Shown here: one piece after another, positions 16,960 to 19,771 of the stretch
Position numbering within the stretch: position 1 is the stretch's first letter
Layout: each line of letters begins with the position of its first letter
Assembly: GCA_963803975.1 (NCBI GenBank)
Contig: CAWDOY010000004.1
Span: forward strand, 1 to 19,771
Reading direction: 5' to 3'
Source: an uncultured delta proteobacterium
GTDB taxonomy: Bacteria; Desulfobacterota; WTBG01; CAIYCZ01
Length of the DNA: 19,771 nt
Notes under the pieces: generated by a model
The model's database searches: none
The model's input: only the letters and a program-made list of their open reading frames with translations
Told to the model about the DNA's origin: nothing
Program-made: the position numbers and the translations under genes

Positions 16960-16994
16960 CTTGCAATTATGCATTTTGAATGCATAATTGCAAG
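16960..16994. promoter_or_regulatory. Perfect 35-bp inverted repeat containing a candidate promoter, upstream of the AAA+ ATPase
   Basis: CTTGCAATTATGCATT-TTG-AATGCATAATTGCAAG (16-bp arms). It embeds TTGCAA (16961-16966), 16 bp, CATAAT (16983-16988). Confidence 0.65.
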
Positions 16995-17029
16995 TTGTGA
17001 GGTTTAATAAAAAAGGGGTGCACAGCTTC

Positions 17030-18253
17030 ATGAGCCAGACCTATATCACCAGAGAGCTTGAGGATGTATTGACACAGGCTGCCCGGGAATTTCCGGCAGT
17101 GGTACTTACCGGGCCGCGCCAGTCAGGGAAAACCACGCTTCTTAAGCATCTATTTGCTAAAGACTGCTCCTATGTCTCTCTTGAGCCGCTGGATGTACGC
17201 TCCGCGGCTGCTGCCGACCCGCGCAGTTTCCTTGAGATGCATCAGCCTCCCGTTATTTTTGATGAGGCGCAGTATGCGCCGGAACTCCTACCCTATATTA
17301 AAGAGCGCATAGATAAAAACCGGAGCAAACACGGCCAGTATTTACTGACCGGCTCGCAGAACCTGCTCCTCATGGAACGGGTGACCGAATCCCTGGCGGG
17401 CCGGGCTGCCATGCTCAGACTGCTGCCGCTGTCATACCGGGAACTGCTGGGCTGTCCGGGTGCGTCGCTTCCCTGGGAAGTAAAAAAGAAAAATCCTCCC
17501 CGCAAGCACGTGACCTACCCTGAACTCTGGAAGAGTTTTATCCGCGGAGGATACCCGGAGCTTGCGGCAGAGCCCGGACGGAACCTGTCGCTGTGGCATG
17601 CAAGTTATATCCAGACCTACCTTGAGCGCGATGTGCGCACGCTGCGCCAGGTTGGTGATCTCACCCAGTTTCAGAGCTTTCTGCGGGCGCTTGCAGCAAG
17701 AACCGGCCAGCTCCTGAATCTTGCCGACATGTCCCGTGATCTGGGCATAGCTCTCAATACCTGCAAAGCCTGGCTGTCGGTGCTTGAGGCAACCTTTCAG
17801 GTTATTATGCTGCGGCCCTATTTTGCCAATGTGGGAAAGCGGCTGGTGAAAACCCCCAAGGTATATTTCAGCGATACCGGAACGCTCTGTCACCTTGCAG
17901 GACTTAAAGACCCGGAGCACGCAGCCTCAGGGCCTATGGGCGGGGCAATCTTTGAAACGGCGGTGCTTTCTGAAATCACCAAGGCCCTTATAAACCGGGG
18001 CGAGCAGCCGCACCTCTATTTCTGGCGGACTTCTGCGGGAACCGAAGTTGATATTATAATTGAGACCGAAGGGAAACTCATTCCAATTGAAGTCAAACTG
18101 TCTGCAACCCCGCGGCCTGCAATGGCTTCAGGGCTGAATACGTTCAGGAAAGACTTTGGGAAAAAAGCGGGCGCTGGTTTTCTGGTGCATCCCGGAGATG
18201 TGAGGCTGCCGTTGGGGCAGGGGGTCGTGGCACTGCCGTTTACTGAATTATAG
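17030..18253 (+). CDS. AAA+ ATP-binding protein, AAA_14 + DUF4143 type, with C-terminal PD-(D/E)XK-like motif
   Basis: Walker A GPRQSGKT, Walker B IFDEAQ, LTGS, ESLAGR, GGYP, YLERD, KVYFSDTG, YFWR and EVDIIIE..LIPIEVK. ATG 17030 (MSQTYITR) after AAGGGG is preferred to TTG 16988, which lies inside the palindrome. Confidence 0.9.
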   Translation: MSQTYITRELEDVLTQAAREFPAVVLTGPRQSGKTTLLKHLFAKDCSYVSLEPLDVRSAAAADPRSFLEMHQPPVIFDEAQYAPELLPYIKERIDKNRSKHGQYLLTGSQNLLLMERVTESLAGRAAMLRLLPLSYRELLGCPGASLPWEVKKKNPPRKHVTYPELWKSFIRGGYPELAAEPGRNLSLWHASYIQTYLERDVRTLRQVGDLTQFQSFLRALAARTGQLLNLADMSRDLGIALNTCKAWLSVLEATFQVIMLRPYFANVGKRLVKTPKVYFSDTGTLCHLAGLKDPEHAASGPMGGAIFETAVLSEITKALINRGEQPHLYFWRTSAGTEVDIIIETEGKLIPIEVKLSATPRPAMASGLNTFRKDFGKKAGAGFLVHPGDVRLPLGQGVVALPFTEL

Positions 18254-18372
18254 AAAGCTAAAAAGCAGGATCCCGTTACTATCTCGATAAAAAGATGATG
18301 GTTATTGTTCCTTGTAGGTTCGAAGCGTCTAAAAAAAAAGAGGAGTTTATGATATTTGTGGTAAGGGTGAAT

Positions 18373-19764
18373 GTCGCTCCAGACTTCAGTGTGGTAATCC
18401 CCAAGATGTTGTGGTCCGAAGTCTAACCTGCTTCATGTCGTTGCCGCTCTTGGGTAAAGGTCAAGACCACCGCAGTGGAAGTAGATGGCTGCCTTGTAGT
18501 GCTCCCGATTTCGGTATCCACATGCCATCATCTTGATCATCTGGATTTTGCTGTTGATCCCCTCCGCCGTTGCATTTGTGATCCGGTGCTTGATGTAAGT
18601 CAGAAGGTTTGCAAGGTGCCGTTTCAGTGTCTTCGCGGCCTCGATCATCGGCGTAAGCCGTGAATGCGTCGCCCAGAAGTACCATGCCTTGAAGTATTTC
18701 TCCGCGCATTTTGTATACGCATACGTCCAGAATGCACGGAGAGATTCTTTGATCGCCCACGCACGGCCCGTCTTGAGGTCAGCGTTCTTCACTCCCTCAA
18801 ACTCCTCGCGACGCCACTCTGGCATGTTCTCCTCGTTCCAAAGCCACAGATATTTCGTTCCCTTGAGACGAAAGTCACCGCGCGCTGATAAAGCTTTGTG
18901 TTCTCCTCGCCGCACTTTGTCTACGGCCTTCGTTACGTACGTCGTTGCGTGGTATCGGTCAAATACGATCTTTTCATCAGCATCAGGAACATAGGCCTTT
19001 GTCGCAGCGACGTAAGGATCCCACATGTCCATGGCAATTCCCTTGATTTGCGCCAATTCATCTTTGGTGAACTGCCGATAGTAGCTTTCCAGACTCTTCT
19101 GCTCCCGGTCATCAACAACATACTCGACGGTACCCTTGTCGAGATCGCATACGATGCTCTCGTAATTGTGGCCCTTACCAATCGACTTCTCGTCGATACC
19201 AATACGCGCGGGAACCCGCTTCTCTTTCCGGGCAAGCCCACGCGTTACTGCTCTCATCAGCACGCCCCACGTCTCGTCCCAGCTCGTTCCAGACAGCCGC
19301 GTCACTCCCGTTACATCACATTCCTTGAGCGTGTCGATCAGCCGCGTCTCAAACAGCCTCGTGAACTGAGATCGCGCTTCTGCCCACGGTGCTACAATCT
19401 GTTTCACTCCATCTGCCGGACACTTCGTCCGAGGCAGGCGGACGTGCACAAACGTCTGGCACTGGCAGGTGTCCAGGTGCCGCCACACCTGTTCCTCCGT
19501 ATGGTCATACACCGCAGCCTCTTGCCTGCATACTGCGCAGAGAAACTTCGTTCCCGGCCCTTCCTCAACCCACACGTCAACTCGTTGTGACGTCATGTCC
19601 ACCTGTACCTTGCTTACTCTCCACGGATACAGTATCCCAAGCAACAGCGCATACAGCTGAGTATCTTCCATACCTTTCCCTCCTTGTGGTTTGCATGAAA
19701 GATATTATCACAAAATTATCAGCTACTACATCTTGGGGTTACCCATGCTACATGCGAAGGAGTC
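18373..19764 (-). mobile_element. ISL3-family insertion sequence (about 1.39 kb; outer ends approximate)
   Basis: ISL3 transposase flanked by inverted repeats GGTAATCCCCAAGATGTTGTGG (18393-18414) and, on the - strand, GGGTAACCCCAAGATGTAGTAG (19744-19723). Weaker similarity extends to about 18373 and 19764. No target duplication is visible. Confidence 0.75.
18433..19671 (-). CDS. ISL3 family transposase
   Basis: Zinc-finger region CAVC...WRHLDTC...PRTKC, catalytic GIDE, AMDM, IVFDRYH, TNATAEGINSKI and GYRN motifs; AAGGAGG SD; intact 412 aa. Confidence 0.96.
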   Translation of the reverse strand: MEDTQLYALLLGILYPWRVSKVQVDMTSQRVDVWVEEGPGTKFLCAVCRQEAAVYDHTEEQVWRHLDTCQCQTFVHVRLPRTKCPADGVKQIVAPWAEARSQFTRLFETRLIDTLKECDVTGVTRLSGTSWDETWGVLMRAVTRGLARKEKRVPARIGIDEKSIGKGHNYESIVCDLDKGTVEYVVDDREQKSLESYYRQFTKDELAQIKGIAMDMWDPYVAATKAYVPDADEKIVFDRYHATTYVTKAVDKVRRGEHKALSARGDFRLKGTKYLWLWNEENMPEWRREEFEGVKNADLKTGRAWAIKESLRAFWTYAYTKCAEKYFKAWYFWATHSRLTPMIEAAKTLKRHLANLLTYIKHRITNATAEGINSKIQMIKMMACGYRNREHYKAAIYFHCGGLDLYPRAATT

Positions 19765-19771
19765 AAATAAA

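Noticed and set aside
18365..19771. Target-site duplication flanking ISL3
   Set aside because: The left flank (GGGTGAAT) does not match the right flank (AAATAAA), and the window ends 7 nt after the inferred end.

Overview
A metabolic region of moderate GC content. Gene content and repeat types suggest an anaerobic deltaproteobacterium (Desulfobacterota-like); this is an inference. Almost all genes run on the + strand: a CCG-domain Fe-S oxidoreductase, a membrane protein, a geranylgeranyl-reductase-family flavoprotein, an exported mono-heme c/PNPOx-like fusion, a thiolase and a membrane-anchored ferrochelatase-like protein. A TetR gene follows, with a sigma70 promoter and palindromic operator. 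After it come a 2[4Fe-4S] ferredoxin, two tandem ferredoxin-dependent bilin reductase (FDBR)/RCCR-like genes, an SDR, a small membrane protein, a GlcD-like/GlcF-like pair, a second PNPOx-like gene and an aldo/keto reductase with Fe-S clusters. The window ends with a minus-strand O-methyltransferase, an AAA+/DUF4143-type ATPase preceded by a perfect 16-bp-arm palindrome, and an intact ISL3 element. The most notable signal is the clustering of tetrapyrrole-handling folds (2 FDBR-like, chelatase-like, split-barrel, heme c) with no heme oxygenase or photosynthesis gene in the window, which suggests an uncharacterised anaerobic tetrapyrrole or ring-reduction pathway. Many genes in 1-5.7 kb and 12.3-14.0 kb are broken by mostly +1 single-base indels that look like long-read errors, so their proteins were rebuilt by eye. 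All family calls come from motif recognition, not database searches.
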